Below are positions 11,405 to 24,581 of a stretch of DNA of 64,000 bases, piece by piece (the first letter of the stretch is position 1; each line of letters opens with the position of its first letter). The stretch comes from Isurus oxyrinchus (Eukaryota): the NCBI GenBank assembly GCA_026770705.1, contig JANJGN010000026.1, forward strand, positions 23,932,001 through 23,996,000, read 5' to 3'. The notes below the pieces were generated by a model. It searched no databases and was not told where the DNA came from. It saw only the letters and a list, made by a program, of their open reading frames with translations. Made by a program: the position numbers and the translations under genes.

Positions 11405-11850
11405 AAATTGGTTCCTGGGATGAGGGTATTGACCTGTGAGGACAAGTCGAGTAGGCGAGGCCTTTATTCCAGAGAGTTCAGAAGAATGAGCAGTGATCTA
11501 ATTGAAACATAAGGTCCTTAAGGCGCTTAACAGGACAGTTGCAGAGAAAACGCTTCCCCTAGCTGCAGAATTTAGAACGCGTGCTCCCAGTCTCAGAATA
11601 ATGGGTGGACCATTATGAGGGGGATTTCTTCACTCAAAGGACTTTGAACATTTGGAATTCCCACCTCAGAGAGCTCTGTATATTCAGGCATTAAGTACAT
11701 TCAACACGGAGGTCGATAGATGCATGGGTACAAAGGAAATTAAAGAATATGAAGCCACGCATGGGGGTGGATTTCAGGTTGACGTCAGGCATGTGGGAAC
11801 GGTCTTGAAGAGCGAAATGGCCCGCTCCTGCTCCTATAATCTATAATCTG
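11405..11850 (+). mobile_element. CR1 3' fragment
   Basis: Degenerate CR1 C-terminal and 3'UTR motifs (agaagaatgag...ttcttcactcaaagg). Confidence 0.65.
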
Positions 11851-11869
11851 ACACGCTAGCTACTACACA

Positions 11870-13050
11870 GAAATGCAGACAATCGCAGAATACACCTAGT
11901 CCTCAAAAAAAATCAGAAAAATTCGATCCAGTCAATTATTGCCTCACCAGTCTTCAAAATCACCAGGAAAGTAATAGAAAGTGTAGCTGAACGTGCGACC
12001 ATGCGGCACTCACTTCACAATAACCTGCATATTAATGCTCTGTTTGGGATCGTCAGCGCCACTTGGCTGCATATCTCACTAGTCTTAGACCACACAAAGA
12101 CAAAAGAGCTCATTTCCAGAGGTGAGGTGAGAGCGACTTCCCTTGACATTATAGTAAAATTTTATCACGTTTGGCATCACCCACCGGAAGTTGGTGGGAA
12201 GCATGGAGGAAACCTTTCACTGGTTGAAGTCATACCTGGCTCAGAGGAAGATAGTTGTAGTTGTTGGAGATAAATCATGTCTACCCCGGAACTTGGGTGC
12301 AGGATTTCATCAAGGTGGCGCCCGAGACCCAAATACATTCAATTCCTTCAGTCATGACCTTCCCTCCTTCAGGGGGTTCGAAGTGGGGATGATCACTGAT
12401 GACCACAATGTTCTGAAATTTTCGAGACTTCTCAGAAACTGAAGCTGTCAGTTCAGCATGCAGCAAGACCTGGGAAACATTGCTTGGCATGTGGCAAATA
12501 ACATCCGCGCCACCAAAGTATCAGGCAATCATCATTCCCGAGAAGAGAGATTCTAAAAGTCTACCATTCCGGGACAACAGCCTTCTCATCTCTGAATCCG
12601 CCACCATTGACATCCTGGCGATTACCATTAACCAGAACCTTAACTGGATTCACCTTTAAAACCACTGTGGCTACAATCTCAGGTCGGAGGCTGGGAATTC
12701 TGCATAGAGAAACATACTTCCTGACTCCCCAAATCCTGTCTAATAACTACAAGGCACAGTGAGGTGTGTGTTGGAATACTCTCCAGTTACTTGGATGAGT
12801 GCAATTCCAACAACACTCAAGAGGCTCGACACCAGCGAGGACAAGATAGACCACTTGATTCGCACACCCCATTCGTCACTTTAAAAATTCACTCCTTGGC
12901 CTAATGAAGCACTGTTGCAGCAGAATGTAGCATCTACAACATGCACTGCAGCAACTCGCCAAGTCCACTTCCACAGCACCTTCCAAACCCGTGACACTTG
13001 GTGGCCTAGAAGGAGAAGAACAGCAGGCGAATGGGGACAACATCATTTCC
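11870..13050 (+). mobile_element. Degenerate L2/CR1-clade RT fragment
   Basis: WLKSYLAQRKIVVVVG...FNSFSHDLPS...ITDD RT-like motifs; related sequence on - at 15760-16080. Confidence 0.65.
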
Positions 13051-13369
13051 AACTTACCCTCCAAGGCTGCAGCTGCAGAGGGTGGTAGCTCAAGAACACT
13101 TTCTCAGAGTTCTGTTAGGAGGAATGTTTTGTGAGACTAAGTTTAGTTGTGCAACTGTAACCCTGTGTCTGTTTAAATTTTCCTTTATTCTTGCTAATAA
13201 AACATTTACTTTAAATACTTAAAATCTCAAAAGTGTTGCTGAAGTCCTTACTTGAGATCAGTGCATCATCTTCTGGTTTTCAGAATACGAAAGAAGAGTA
13301 TGGCCCATAAGCTAAGTTTTCCTATGGGGTTTGGTTTGTTCAGCGATTAACACTGGCTGTGGTCATAAA

Positions 13370-14470
13370 ACACTCACTTGGACAGATGTGGGTTAATCAG
13401 GGATTTGTTAAGGGTAAATCGTATTTATCTAACCTCCTTGTGTGATTTGATGAGGTAACAGGGAGGGTTGATGAGATGTACATTGATTCCAAAAGGCATT
13501 TGGTAAACTTTTCTGAGTGACAAGAAAAAGAGCCTAGTTGCGAATGGTTATGTGCCAGAATGGTGCAAGGTATATGTGGGGGTATCCAGGAGTCGGTGTC
13601 AGGTCCTTTCGTTTCTTGATATTTCTCTATCTATATCTATGCCCCCTCCAAGGTATGGAGACATGGACACACTGTTGAAAAGAGTGGAGAGATGGCATAT
13701 TGCATTATATCCAAAAGATTGTGAACTTATTCATCTTGCTACGAAGAATGATGACACAAAACATAAAATATAGTGTGCAATTCTAAAGGAAGTGCAGGGA
13801 TAGAGGAGCTTCGAGGTATATTAGCAGAAATAATTAACGCTTGCACGGCAAGCATTCCTAACACTCAGATTCATAAATAGGGACATGAATTGCAAAAACC
13901 TGAAATTTATGAAAACCTGTAGAAAGCACTGCTTAGACTGAAATGTGGCGTCCATTTCTGGGAAGTACACTTTAGGAAAGATGTGAAGGCACGGGAGCAA
14001 GTTTATCAAAAAAAATCATCAAAATGTTCCCAGGGAAGAGGAACTTCAGTTACATGTATAAGTTGGACAATCTGTGCCTTCTTTCCTTGGAGGTGAATAT
14101 TAAGAGAACATTTGATACCGGTATTAAAAATGCCAATGGGAGTGGAAAGAATAGAGAGAGAGAAACTGTTTCTCTTGGCAGTCGCATGGACAACCAAAGG
14201 AAATGGGTTTAACGTGACTGTCAAAGGAAGCAACGGCGCTACGAGGTAAAGCGTTTGTACACAGCTAATGATTAAGATGTGGAATGCACTGCCTGAGCGC
14301 GTGGTCAAGGCAGTTTCAACACAGGAATTGTATAATTACCTGAAGCGAAAACGAAACTGCAGGGCTCAGGGGAAAAGGCGGGTGAGTGGTTCTAGGTGAA
14401 CTGCACTTTCAGAGATCCGACACTAACATGAGTTCGAATTGCCTCCTCCTGTGTTGTAACCATTCTGTGT
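13370..14470 (+). mobile_element. Degenerate CR1 ORF2 fragment
   Basis: Remnants of the HGFxKGxSCLTNL motif and the CR1 3' end. Confidence 0.65.
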
Positions 14471-15059
14471 CTCTATTCTAAGATTTTAATCAGACTGACG
14501 TGATTGATGGGGGTCAGTTTCAATTAATTTCTGCTGGGGAAGCTCATTCAGAAAATTGCCTCTGGTCTCTCTGTGGAAACATTCACTGAAAGGTGCGTCA
14601 GCATCATCGCAAATTCGTTCCGGTAGAATCCCTTAATTGTTTATTACCAATAACGACGATACGAAATCTAACCTTCAGAGCGACAGCTCAGGACAAAGAG
14701 ACACATGACAATGATATTAACGTCTTTGGTGAGCCGTTACAGGTCGCCATTAAAAAAAAATAACACTCAATGTATCCAAGTAGAGCCGATGCAATAAATC
14801 TGCAAACATCAGTAATGCTGCTTCTTCCTTCACACCAGAGGCTATTGACTGAGAGACTGACTGCGCCCTCAGATATTTAACACTGTTGGTCAGAAAGCTT
14901 CAGATGATCCCTGAACCTCATTTCAATCTTATCTCAATACGTGACGGGCAGATTGAAGATTGTTTCATTGGGCGGGAACATTGAGACCAGAAAATGACGT
15001 TAAGAACAGATCCTGTTCCGGCTTTTACAGGATTGACAGTTTCGGGCTTTGCAGCGGCC

Positions 15060-15372
15060 ATGCATATATTCAGCGCCTGGATTGTGTTCGGCGTGTTTCT
15101 TGTCGGCAAGGGTGGATCCAATCTGATGAAATGTTATCTCGATCTGAAACCTTATCGCTCTTCTCTCCAGGGATGCTTCGTGACCTGCTTAGTATTTCGA
15201 GCTTTTGTGCTTTTATTCCATGGGTCCAATCATTTCGGGTAAAATACAAAGTGTTAATATTATGTCAGCAATATGTTTAACACTAAGTTTTGTCTCCTTC
15301 ATGAACACGTGTTACAGATCCAAGTGATGGAGATTCTGTTATTCAGCCGCAGGCGTCTGAGAACGGGAGAGA
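15060..15372 (+). pseudogene. Truncated V pseudogene (leader + first ~18 codons of V), paralog of the 8628 V
   Basis: Leader MHIFSAWIVFGVFLV 15060-15105 with GC donor; acceptor 15316-15317; DPSDGDSVIQPQASENGRE; shares gatggagattctgttattcag with the 9318 exon; cut by a Penelope pLTR at about 15370. Confidence 0.8.
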
Positions 15373-15740
15373 GCTATACATTGAGTGCCCTACCATCCAT
15401 TCTTAATTAGTACATTCGTTTAGATAATATCACCAACTTTAACTTTAACACCTATGTGTTCTATTGTACCATTGTCGTTGACATCTTTTGATGATCTGCT
15501 TTTATCACTGCTTGTTTGTCCATACAACCACACCCCCAACCCCCCACCCCCCAACCTCTCTCTCTCTCTCTATCTCTCCGCCCCCCACACACACACCTTA
15601 AACCAGCTTATATTTCAACTTTTTCTTGGACTCGAACTCAAGTTCTGTCCAAGGGTCATGAGGACTCGAAACATCAACTCTTTTCTTCTCCGCCGATGCT
15701 GCCAGACCTGCTGAGTTTTTCCAGGTAATTCTGTTTTTAT
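15370..15740 (+). mobile_element. Penelope pLTR fragment
   Basis: Near-identical to 5752-6100; degenerate hammerhead motif at 15641-15679. Confidence 0.88.
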
Positions 15741-15759
15741 TTATATAGCTAGTCGAGTT

Positions 15760-16080
15760 CAGTTTATGGTTATCCTCAGGGTGTTAATAGTGGGGGATTC
15801 AGTGATGGTAATACCATTGAATGTCAAGGGGCCATGCCTAGATTCCCACTTGTTGAAGATGGTCATTGCCTGACACTTGTGTTGTGTGAATGTTATCTGC
15901 CCCTTGTCAGCCCAAGCCTGGATGTTGTCCAGGTCTTGCTGCATATGGTCATGGACTGCTTCAGTATCTGAGGAGTCGCGAATGGTGTTGCACGTTGTGC
16001 AATTATCCGCAAGAAGATTACTGATGAAGCAGCTGAAGATGCTGGGCCTAGGACAGTATCCTGGGAAACTCCTGCAGTGA
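15760..16080 (-). mobile_element. L2/CR1-clade RT fragment
   Basis: MQQDLDNIQAWADKGQITF...CQAMTI. Confidence 0.7.
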
Positions 16081-17769
16081 TGTCCTGGAGCTCAGATGGT
16101 TGACCTACAGCAAACACAATCATTTCAGTGACGGTGATTGGTGGAGAAATATTGTCCAGGCCAATTCCCCTTCTCTCCTTCAAAATAGTGCTCATGTGAT
16201 CTATCATATCCACCCAAGAGTGTAGGCGGTGTCCTCGATTTAACATTTCATTGGAAAGCCAGCCCCTCTGAACGCGCACCATTCCCTGAGGATTGAACTG
16301 AAATATCAATATAGGTCCTGTGGGTAAAGTATCCAGAGAGGAACGGGATCCTGAAACTCTTCATTCAGAGATGATAGGGCGAATAACTGTGATTCGGCTG
16401 ACAAATAGTGTTTGCTGAATGACCTTTGTGTTGTTCTGCATGTGTACTTTTCTGAAAATGAATGCATAGTTTATATATACACGTTCAGGTAAATGAGAAC
16501 AAATATTTCATAGTGGTGATCAGGCTGATGACTGACATATGGGGTGCAGTGGCCTCTCGACGCCTCGATCACTGGCCCTCCCTGAACAGGAAGCCAGTTT
16601 CCGTCAGAGGCCCCTCCATAAGTTCAGGATTGTTGTTTCCGACAGATTACCGGTGTCCCGTTGAGTGGAATCTGTGAAAATATTGGGAACAGAGTCCTCG
16701 GAACCCCAGGATGTGGTGACCCCTCTTTAACACAATCCAGGAAAAAGGATTGAAATAAAGTGCCGGACATTTAAACATAAACTTTACTGGTCCCCCGGAA
16801 ACGGGACCATTAAATTTTACCCCTGGAATCAAATGGAATCGGAAAAGGAAATCGCCTTTTACAGACTCAGGATGTCAGGAAGCACTTCCCAACCTAAGAA
16901 AATACGTTTCCAGTGTACCGCTGTTGAGATGTTAGAAATATTATTTACACTGAGGGCAGTGGGAATGTTTAATTCTCTGCCAGAAAGGGTTGTCACTCTG
17001 ACCCTTGTAGTGCAGGGAAGGGAATTGAGTGTCCAGGTATTTTCTGGATACTTTGAAGTTGTGGCCAATAGTAACCAAAACGTTCGGTCACGAAAAGATG
17101 GACTGATCTCTCTCTGTCTCTCTCTATCTGTCTCTCTCCCTCTCTCATTGTGATAACCTCTTCGGACTACGCAGTGAAATTGGACCAAGAAATACAATGA
17201 TTTATAGGACTTCATCTCTAAGTCTCTCGTGTAATTAATCTATCGATTCATGCCATATATATACTACTGTTGGCAGCAACGTGTCACGGCGCCAAAATAT
17301 TTCCTGTGATCTCCAGCTGTCACCTGTCAGAGTGGTGAACTGACAGCTTGGTAAATTTTCTCCAACGAAAAATTCCTGCAGCGTCATCCAGTGGCATCTG
17401 GCGTGGAAAACAACGACTCTCAATTTATTCACGGATATTGCTGCATGACGATTCTGCCACATTATTATGGGTTTTATGGCTTTGGTTTTATTATTACAGT
17501 AAATTCTCTCTTTCCATTCTTTTCCTTCTGCTATTTTCACCATTTAATATTCAGCCCTAGGTTATTTGCCTCAGTTTTCTGACGTGCCTACGTCATTAAG
17601 ACAGTACGTGCTCATTTGCATAAATAGATGACATTTTTTGTTCATAAATTCTTAAATCCGCAACTGGAGAGGTTGTGATTGTTCACTTCGGAAGACTGTA
17701 AGGCTTGCGAGCGCCTTAATCATCAAAGAAGGATGTCAACCAAATTTCAGGATGCCAGGTATATGCGAA

Positions 17770-18090
17770 TTTAGGAAATAGGAGCAGAAGTCGGCCTCTT
17801 GGCCCTTCTAGTCTGCTCCGCCATTCAATAAGGTCATGGCTGATCTGACTGTAAACTCCGGCCTAACCTGGTTACCTTTCATTCTCTTGTTTATCAAAAA
17901 TTATTCTCCGTCGGCCTTGAAAGTATTCAAAGACTCTACTTCCCCTGCCTTTTTTGGAACGGTGTTCAAAGACTCACTACTTTATGAGAGAAAAAAAGCT
18001 TTTCATCTCTGCCTTGAATAGGCACCCTCTTATTTTTAAACAGTGACCTCCTAGTTCTAGATTCTCTCACAAGAGGGAAGATACTTTCCA
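17770..18090 (-). mobile_element. CR1 3' end
   Basis: ataggagcagaagtcggcc...ctgctccgccattcaataag, the CR1 3'UTR hairpin and tail. Confidence 0.7.
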
Positions 18091-18260
18091 TATGTGATTT
18101 TTTTTTTGTACAGAGGGTTAATCTCTGTCTTATATTATTATGTTATTATAAATAATAAAATATTTTCATTCCATTAAAGTGCTTGGATGATGAACTTGCT
18201 TTTTTTTGCAGAATTGACTTCTATCACTCTCGCTTCTTTCCCCAGTCCCCATGTCGAGTG

Positions 18261-18579
18261 AAGTATTGGACAGTTTCCTCACCTCCTTGCCTCCCCGCGT
18301 TTCACCGCACTTTAAAATACCGCAGCATCTGAGAACTGAACGGAGTGAACGATGAGAGTGGTGGAGACTTTCTCACCGTCCACAGATACTTTAAATCTTC
18401 CCCCAACTCTTTCATCACTGAATATGGAGAAGGGATGCTCGGAAGCTCGATTGGAGAATTGACGGTACAAGAATATAAGTTCATTTGCAGCGAAAGTAGA
18501 GTAATAGTGAAGCAAAATGGTTGTCCATGCGTTCCCGATAAACCAATATCAGAATGTGTTTCCCACTGACAAGGAATAA
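18261..18579 (-). pseudogene. Decayed TCR V pseudogene with eroded 23-RSS
   Basis: Acceptor ttttggcAG (18580-18581); ...LIFLYRQFSNRASE...GGRFKVSVDGEKVSTTLIVHSVQFSDAAVF*; decayed heptamer, 23 nt, CCAATACTT. Confidence 0.75.
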
Positions 18580-18604
18580 CTGCCAAAACAAGAATGAAAT
18601 TAAT

Positions 18605-18740
18605 ATAAAAACAAAATACTGCAGATGCTGGAAATCTAGAACAAAAACAAAAATATCCGGAAAAACTCAGCAGGTCTGACAGTATGTGCGGAGAGGGATA
18701 CATTTGACGTTTCGACTCCGTATGACCCTTCATCAGAACT
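18605..18740 (-). mobile_element. Short Penelope pLTR copy
   Basis: aaatactgcagatgctggaaatc...aaactcagcaggtctgacag; sits in the intron position of the 18.3-kb V pseudogene. Confidence 0.8.
18702..18740 (-). ncRNA. Minimal type I hammerhead ribozyme motif with canonical core
   Basis: AGTT-CTGATGA-A-GGGTC(atacg)GAGTC-GAAA-CGTC-AAAT; canonical CUGAUGA/GAAA/GUC, one mismatch each in stems I and II. Confidence 0.65.
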
Positions 18741-18989
18741 TAAAAGAAATCAATATAATGATACATACAAGGAAAATTGAACAAAGTGCTTGTGGAAATG
18801 GGTAGAATAATGTAATCAATCCACCTATCCAGCCTGGGCCCACCTGAGTTAACAGTTCTGTAAGAACCGCCCATAATTATCAGCTGGAGGAACTGGATTT
18901 TGAGAGCTTTAATTAACTCTGTTGGCAAATCGATATTCCGGGTAAGTTCGGAGCTAGTTACGCTATAAATGGCAGCATGGAGATAAGTT

Positions 18990-19345
18990 TGCATATTTGG
19001 AGGCGATAGCGCACTGGTAGTATCGCTGGAATAGTGAACAAAAAATCCCGGTTGATTCTCTGAGGACCCTGGTTCGCATCCGACCATAGTAGAATTTAAA
19101 TTCAATTTATAAGTCTTATCATGATGACGGTGAAACCATTGTCGGTGGCTGTAAAAATCCAACTGGTTCACTGCTGCCCTTTAGGGAAGGAAACCTGTCG
19201 TTCTGACCTAGTGTGACCTACATGTGACTCCAGGCCCACAGCAATGTGGTTGGCTGTTAATGACCTCTGAACAAGGGCAATTGAGGGATGGGGAACACAT
19301 GCTGGCCTAGCCAGCGACATGCCAACATCCCATGAACGAATAAAC
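18990..19345 (+). mobile_element. tRNA-headed SINE with L2-like tail
   Basis: ggcgatagcgcactggta...ggttcgcatccgacc head (A/B-box-like); tail as at 2810-2985. Confidence 0.65.
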
Positions 19346-19513
19346 ATTTTCCTCTCCAAAACTGATTCTCTGTGGATTTGGGCATGGACAAAGAGAGCAA
19401 TAAAACTGCGATAAATAGATCTGTCCGTTTTGCTTCTCCGAAGCCCAGGGTGAAACTGTTCCCGTCGACAAAAGCACAAAAGAAAGCTTATCGGAACTCC
19501 AAATACTCTCTCA

Positions 19514-19552
19514 GGTTTTTGTACGGGGTTCTAGCTGTGATCTAACGCTGTG
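19514..19552 (-). other. 23-RSS of the intact V
   Basis: CACAGCG + 23 nt + perfect ACAAAAACC on the minus strand. Confidence 0.95.
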
Positions 19553-20081
19553 CCTCATTGCACAGTGATACACCGCCTCGTCCTCCACACTCAGTTCGCT
19601 TATATTGAGGTGACCGTTCTTTTTGGACTGGTCAGCAGCAGCCAGGTATCGTCCTGAAATTTCATTTTGCTTCAGTGCTAAGATATTGGTAATAATCCAT
19701 CTTGGTGGCTGTGCTGCCTGCTGCTGGTACCATTGCATGTAGTCCATATTCGGATCTGTATATTCACAGTCTAACTGCATCGAACCCCCTTCTGACACCG
19801 TTATTGCGACTGGGGACTGAGTTACTGGATCTGCGCATCGTCCGCCTGTGAGGTAGAGGAATGAAATATCAAGCGGTTAAACAGTATTGATCTAAATTTG
19901 TTTGTAGCTGTGTGAGTTTGCGGAACCTCCTATCTAACAAGCTGTCCGTCATATTGGTATTCCTGATCGTTAATTGTATTAAATACTATCGCAATCTCTG
20001 TACATTAATCTGCTAATCAGCCTTGATTGACATAATTCAGTACTTACTGTGCAGCAGCGCCGCTAGTATTATCAGCAACAT
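19553..20081 (-). CDS. Intact TCR alpha/delta-type V gene segment (leader 20081-20048, V exon 19845-19553)
   Basis: Spliced product MLLIILAALLHSGRCADPVTQSPVAITVSEGGSMQLDCEYTDPNMDYMQWYQQQAAQPPRWIITNILALKQNEISGRYLAAADQSKKNGHLNISELSVEDEAVYHCAMR; GTAAGT/CACAG phase-1 intron; in frame. Confidence 0.94.
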
Positions 20082-20277
20082 GCCTGATCTCTCTCAGAGA
20101 ATGTGAATGAAATGAGCCAGAGATTGAGAGAGAGTGAGGGAAACCGGGCTCTGTTCATCTCATTGTTTCACCCACACACTGCAGGGGGCCAGGCCCATTG
20201 TGACCTCACTCAGGAAACCATCGCTATTGGCTTTGGTTTTTCCACCACGTGACATAATGAAGCCATGCTTGAACTTG

Positions 20278-20291
20278 GCGCCCTCCGCTGG
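20278..20291 (-). promoter_or_regulatory. CTCF-like motif upstream of the intact V
   Basis: CCAGCGGAGGGCGC on -, 13/14, about 200 bp 5' of the ATG; CACGTGAC E-box/CRE at about 20246-20253. Confidence 0.5.
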
Positions 20292-20444
20292 TGATTTCGG
20301 TTCAATCCGTGTTCGGATGCGGCCGTTGAATTGATTCAGGGTTTACTGAAATGCATATCAAGAAACAAATGTTCCCCAGGAATCTAAATTGGAGCTGTTC
20401 AGCCGCAGCCTTTGTTGCTGCTGATGTTTATGTCAGAGCGTGAT

Positions 20445-22480
20445 AGAACCGTAGAACCATAGAACACTACAGCACAGAAAACAGGCCATTCGGCCCTTCT
20501 AGTCTGTGCCGAAATATTATTCCGCTAGTCCCATTGACCTGCACCCAGTCCATAACCCTCCAGACCTCTCCCATCCATGTATCCATCCAATTTATTCCCA
20601 AAACTTAAGAGTGAGCTCGCATTTACCACGTCAGATGGTAGCTAGTTCCACACTCCCACCACTCTCTGAGTGAAGAAGTTCACCTTAATGTTCCCCCTAA
20701 ACCTTTCCTCTTTCACCCTAAAGCCATGTCCTCTCGTGTTTATCTGTCCTAATCTAAGTGGAAAGAGCCTACTCGCATTTACTCTGTCTATACTCCTCAT
20801 AATTTTGTAAACTTCTGTCAAATCTCCCCTCATTCTTCTACACACCAAGGAATAAAGTCCTAACCTGTTTAATCTTTCCCTGTAACTCAACTCCTGAAGA
20901 CCCGGCAACATCCTAGTAAATCTTCTCTGCACTCTTTCAATCTTACTGATATCCTTCCTGTAGTTAGGCGACCAGAACTGCACACAATACTCCAAAGTTG
21001 GCCTCACCAATGTCTTATAAAACCTCACCAAAACATCCCAACTCCTATACACAATACTTTGATTTATGAGGGCCAGTATACCAAAAGCTTTCTTTACAAC
21101 CCTGTCTACCTGTGACGCCACTTTCAGGGAATTATGTATCTGAACTCCCAGATCCCTTTGTTCCTCCGCACTCCTCAGTGCCCTACCATTTACTGTGTAT
21201 GTCCTACCTTGGTTTGTCCTTCCAAAATGCAACACCTTACACTTTTCTGCATTAAATTCCATCTGCCATTTTCTGGCCCATTTTTCCAGTTGGTCCAGAT
21301 CCCTCTGCAAGCTTTGAAAGCCTTCCTCACTGTCCACAACGACTCCAATCTTAGTGTCATCAGCAAACTTGCTGATCCAATTTACCACATTATCATCCAG
21401 ATCATTGATATAGACAACAAACAACAATGGTCCCAGTACAGATCCCTGAGGCACACCACTAGTGACAAGCCTCCAGTCTGAGAAGCAATCATCCACTACC
21501 ACTCTCTGTCTTCTCCCACACAGCCAATTTCGAATCCAGTTTACAACCTCTCCATGGAAACCAACTGTCTGAACCTTCTGAACTAACCTCCCTTGTGGGA
21601 CCTTGTCAAAGGCCTTACTAAAGTCCATGTAGACAACATCCACTGCCTTTCCTTCATCTACTTTCTTGGTAACCTCCTTGAAAAACTCTACAAGGGTCGG
21701 TAACACGACCTACCACGCACAACGCCATGCTGATGATCCTTAATCAGCCCTTGGCTGTCCAAATAATTGTATATCCGATCTCTCCGAACACCTTCCAATA
21801 ATTTACCTACTACAGACGTCAGACTTACTGGCCTGTAATTACCTGGTTTACTTTTGGAGCCTTTTTTCAAACAACAGAACAACATGAGCTACCCTCCAAT
21901 CTTCCGGCACCTCACCCAAGGCTAAGGACATTTTAAATATTTCTGCCAGGGCCCCTGCAATTTCTACACTAGTCTCCCTCAAGGCCCGAGGAAATATCAT
22001 GTCAGGTCCGGGGGATTTATCTACCTTTATTCGCTGTAAGGCAGCAAGTGCCACCTCGTCTTTAATCTCTATATGTTCCATGACACTACTGTTTGTTTCC
22101 CTTCCTTATACACTATGCCAGTTTCCTGAGTGAATACTGATGCAAAAGAATTGTTTAAGATCTCCCCCATCTCGTGAGGCTCCACACATAGACGACCAGT
22201 CTGATCTGCAAAGGGACAAATTGTGTCCCGTACTAGCCTTTTACTCTTAATATACTTGTAGAAACCCTTCGGGTTTACCTTCACATTAACTGCCAAAGCA
22301 ACCTCATGTCTTCTTTTTGCCTTCCTGATTTCCTTCTTTAGTATTTTCTTACATTTTCTACACTCTACAAGTACCTCATTTGCTCCTTGTTGCCTATACC
22401 TGCTATATACCTCTCTCTCTTCTTCTTAAACACATCACCAATATCCCTTGAACACCAAGGTTCCCTATGCCTGTTAACTT
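20445..22480 (-). mobile_element. CR1 LINE, 5'-truncated (RT domain), few disablements
   Basis: [48 protein letters not shown]; short-repeat 3' tail at about 20445-20465. Confidence 0.95.
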
Positions 22481-22499
22481 TATGATGTTAAATCTGTGG

Positions 22500-24581
22500 A
22501 AATCATCGCTGGAGTTCTCTATCCATAAAAAGAAGAAGCATACCAAAGGGAGGATGAGGCAACCATGGCTGACAAGGGAAGTCAGGGACAGTATAAAAGC
22601 TAAAGAGAAAGCATACAATGTGGCGAAGAGCAGTGGGAAACCAGGGGATTGAGAGGCCTACAAAGACCAAGAGAGGACAACTAAAAAAGAAATAAGGAGG
22701 GAGAAGATTAACTATGAGGGGTAACTAGCCAGTAATATAAAAGAAGATTGCAAGAGTTTTTTTTAACATATATAAAATGTAAGAGAGAGGTAAAAGTGGA
22801 CACTGGGCCGCTGGAAAATGACGCTGGAGAAGTAGTAGTGGGGAACAAAGAAATGGTGGAGGAACTGAATAGGTACTTTGCATCAGTCTTCACAATGGAA
22901 GACACGAGTGACATCCCCAAAGTTCAAGAGAGTCGGGGGGCAGAGGTGAGTATTGTGGCCATTACCAAGGAGAAGCTGCGAGGAAAATTGAAAGGTCTGA
23001 AGGTGGATAAATCACCTGGACCAGATGGAGTGCACCCCAGAGTTCTGAAAGAGATCACTGAAGAGATATTGGAGGCGTTAGTGGCGATCTTTCAGGAATC
23101 ACTGGAGTCAGGGAGGGTCCCAGAGGACTGGAAAATCGCTAACGTAAGCCCCCTGTTTAAGAAGGGAGTGAGGCAAAAGACTGGAAATTACAGGCCGTTT
23201 AGCCTGACCTCGGTTGTTGGTAAGAGTTCAGAGTCCATTATTAAGGATGAGATTTCAGAATACTTGGAAGTTCATGGTAAAATCGGACAAAGTCAGCATG
23301 GTTTCATCAAGGGGAGGTCATGCCTGACAAATCTGTTAGAATTCTTTGAGGAGGTAACGAGTAGGTTAGACAAAGGAGAGCCAATGGATGTTATCTACTT
23401 GGACTTCCAGAAGGCCTTTGACAAGGTGCCGCTCAGGAGGCTGCTCAGTAAGGTAAGAGCCCATGGTGTTAGAGACAAGGTACTAGCATGGATAGAATAT
23501 TGGCTGTCTGGCAGGAGGCAGAGAGTGGGGATAAGGGGGTCCTTCTCAGGATGGCGGCCAGTACCTAGTGGAGTTCCACAGGGGTCAGTGTTGGGACCAC
23601 AACTTTTCACTTTATACATTAATGATCTAGATGAAGGAAGTGAGGGCATCCTGGCTACGTTTGCAGATGATACAAAGATAGGTGGAGGGACAGGTAGTAT
23701 TGAGGAGGCGGGGAGGCTGTAGAAGGATTTGGACAGGTCAGGAGAATGGGTAAAGAAGTGGCAGATGGAATACAACGTGGGGAAGTGTGAGGTCATGCAC
23801 TTTGGTAGGAAGAATAGAGGCATAGACTATTTTCTAAATGGGGAGGGAATTCAGAATTCTGGAGTGCAAAGGGACTTGGGAGTCCTAGTCCAGGATTCTC
23901 TTAAGGTTAACTTGCAGGTTGAGTCGGTAGTTAGGAAGGCAAATGCAATGTTGGCATTTATTTCGAGAGGACTAGAATATAAAAGCAGGGATGTGCTGCT
24001 GAGGCTTTATAAGGCTCTGGTCAGACCACGTTTAGAATATTGTGAGCAATTTTGGGCCCCGTATCTGAAGAAGGATGTTCTGGCCCTGGAGAGGGTCCAG
24101 AGGAGGTTCATGAGAATGATCCCAGGAATGAAAGGCTTAACATATGAAGAACGTTTGAGGACTCTGGGTCTAAACTCGATAGAGTTTAGAAGGATGAGGA
24201 GGGATCTGATTGAAACTTACAGAATACTGAAAGGCCTGGATAGAGTGGACGTGAGGAAGATGTTTCCATTAGTGGGAGAGACTAGGACCCAAGGGCACAG
24301 CCTCAGAGTAAAGGGAAGACCTTTTAGAACAGAGATGAGGAGAAACTTCTTTAGCCAGAGAGTGATGAATCTATGGAATTCATTGCCACAGAAGGCTGTG
24401 GAGACCAGGTCATTGAGTGTATTTAAGACCGAGATATATAGGTTCTTGATTGGTAAGGGGATCAAAGGTTATGGGGAGAAGATGGGAGAATGGGGTTGAG
24501 AAACTTATCAGACATGATTGAATGGTGGAGCAGACTCGATGGGCCGAATGGCCTAATTTCTGCTCCTATGTCTTATGGCCT
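22500..24581 (+). mobile_element. CR1 LINE, 5'-truncated (RT domain), different subfamily
   Basis: ORFs 22748-23722 and 23729-24499 are separated by one stop; [27 protein letters not shown]; 3' tail ctcctatgtcttatgg. Confidence 0.95.
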
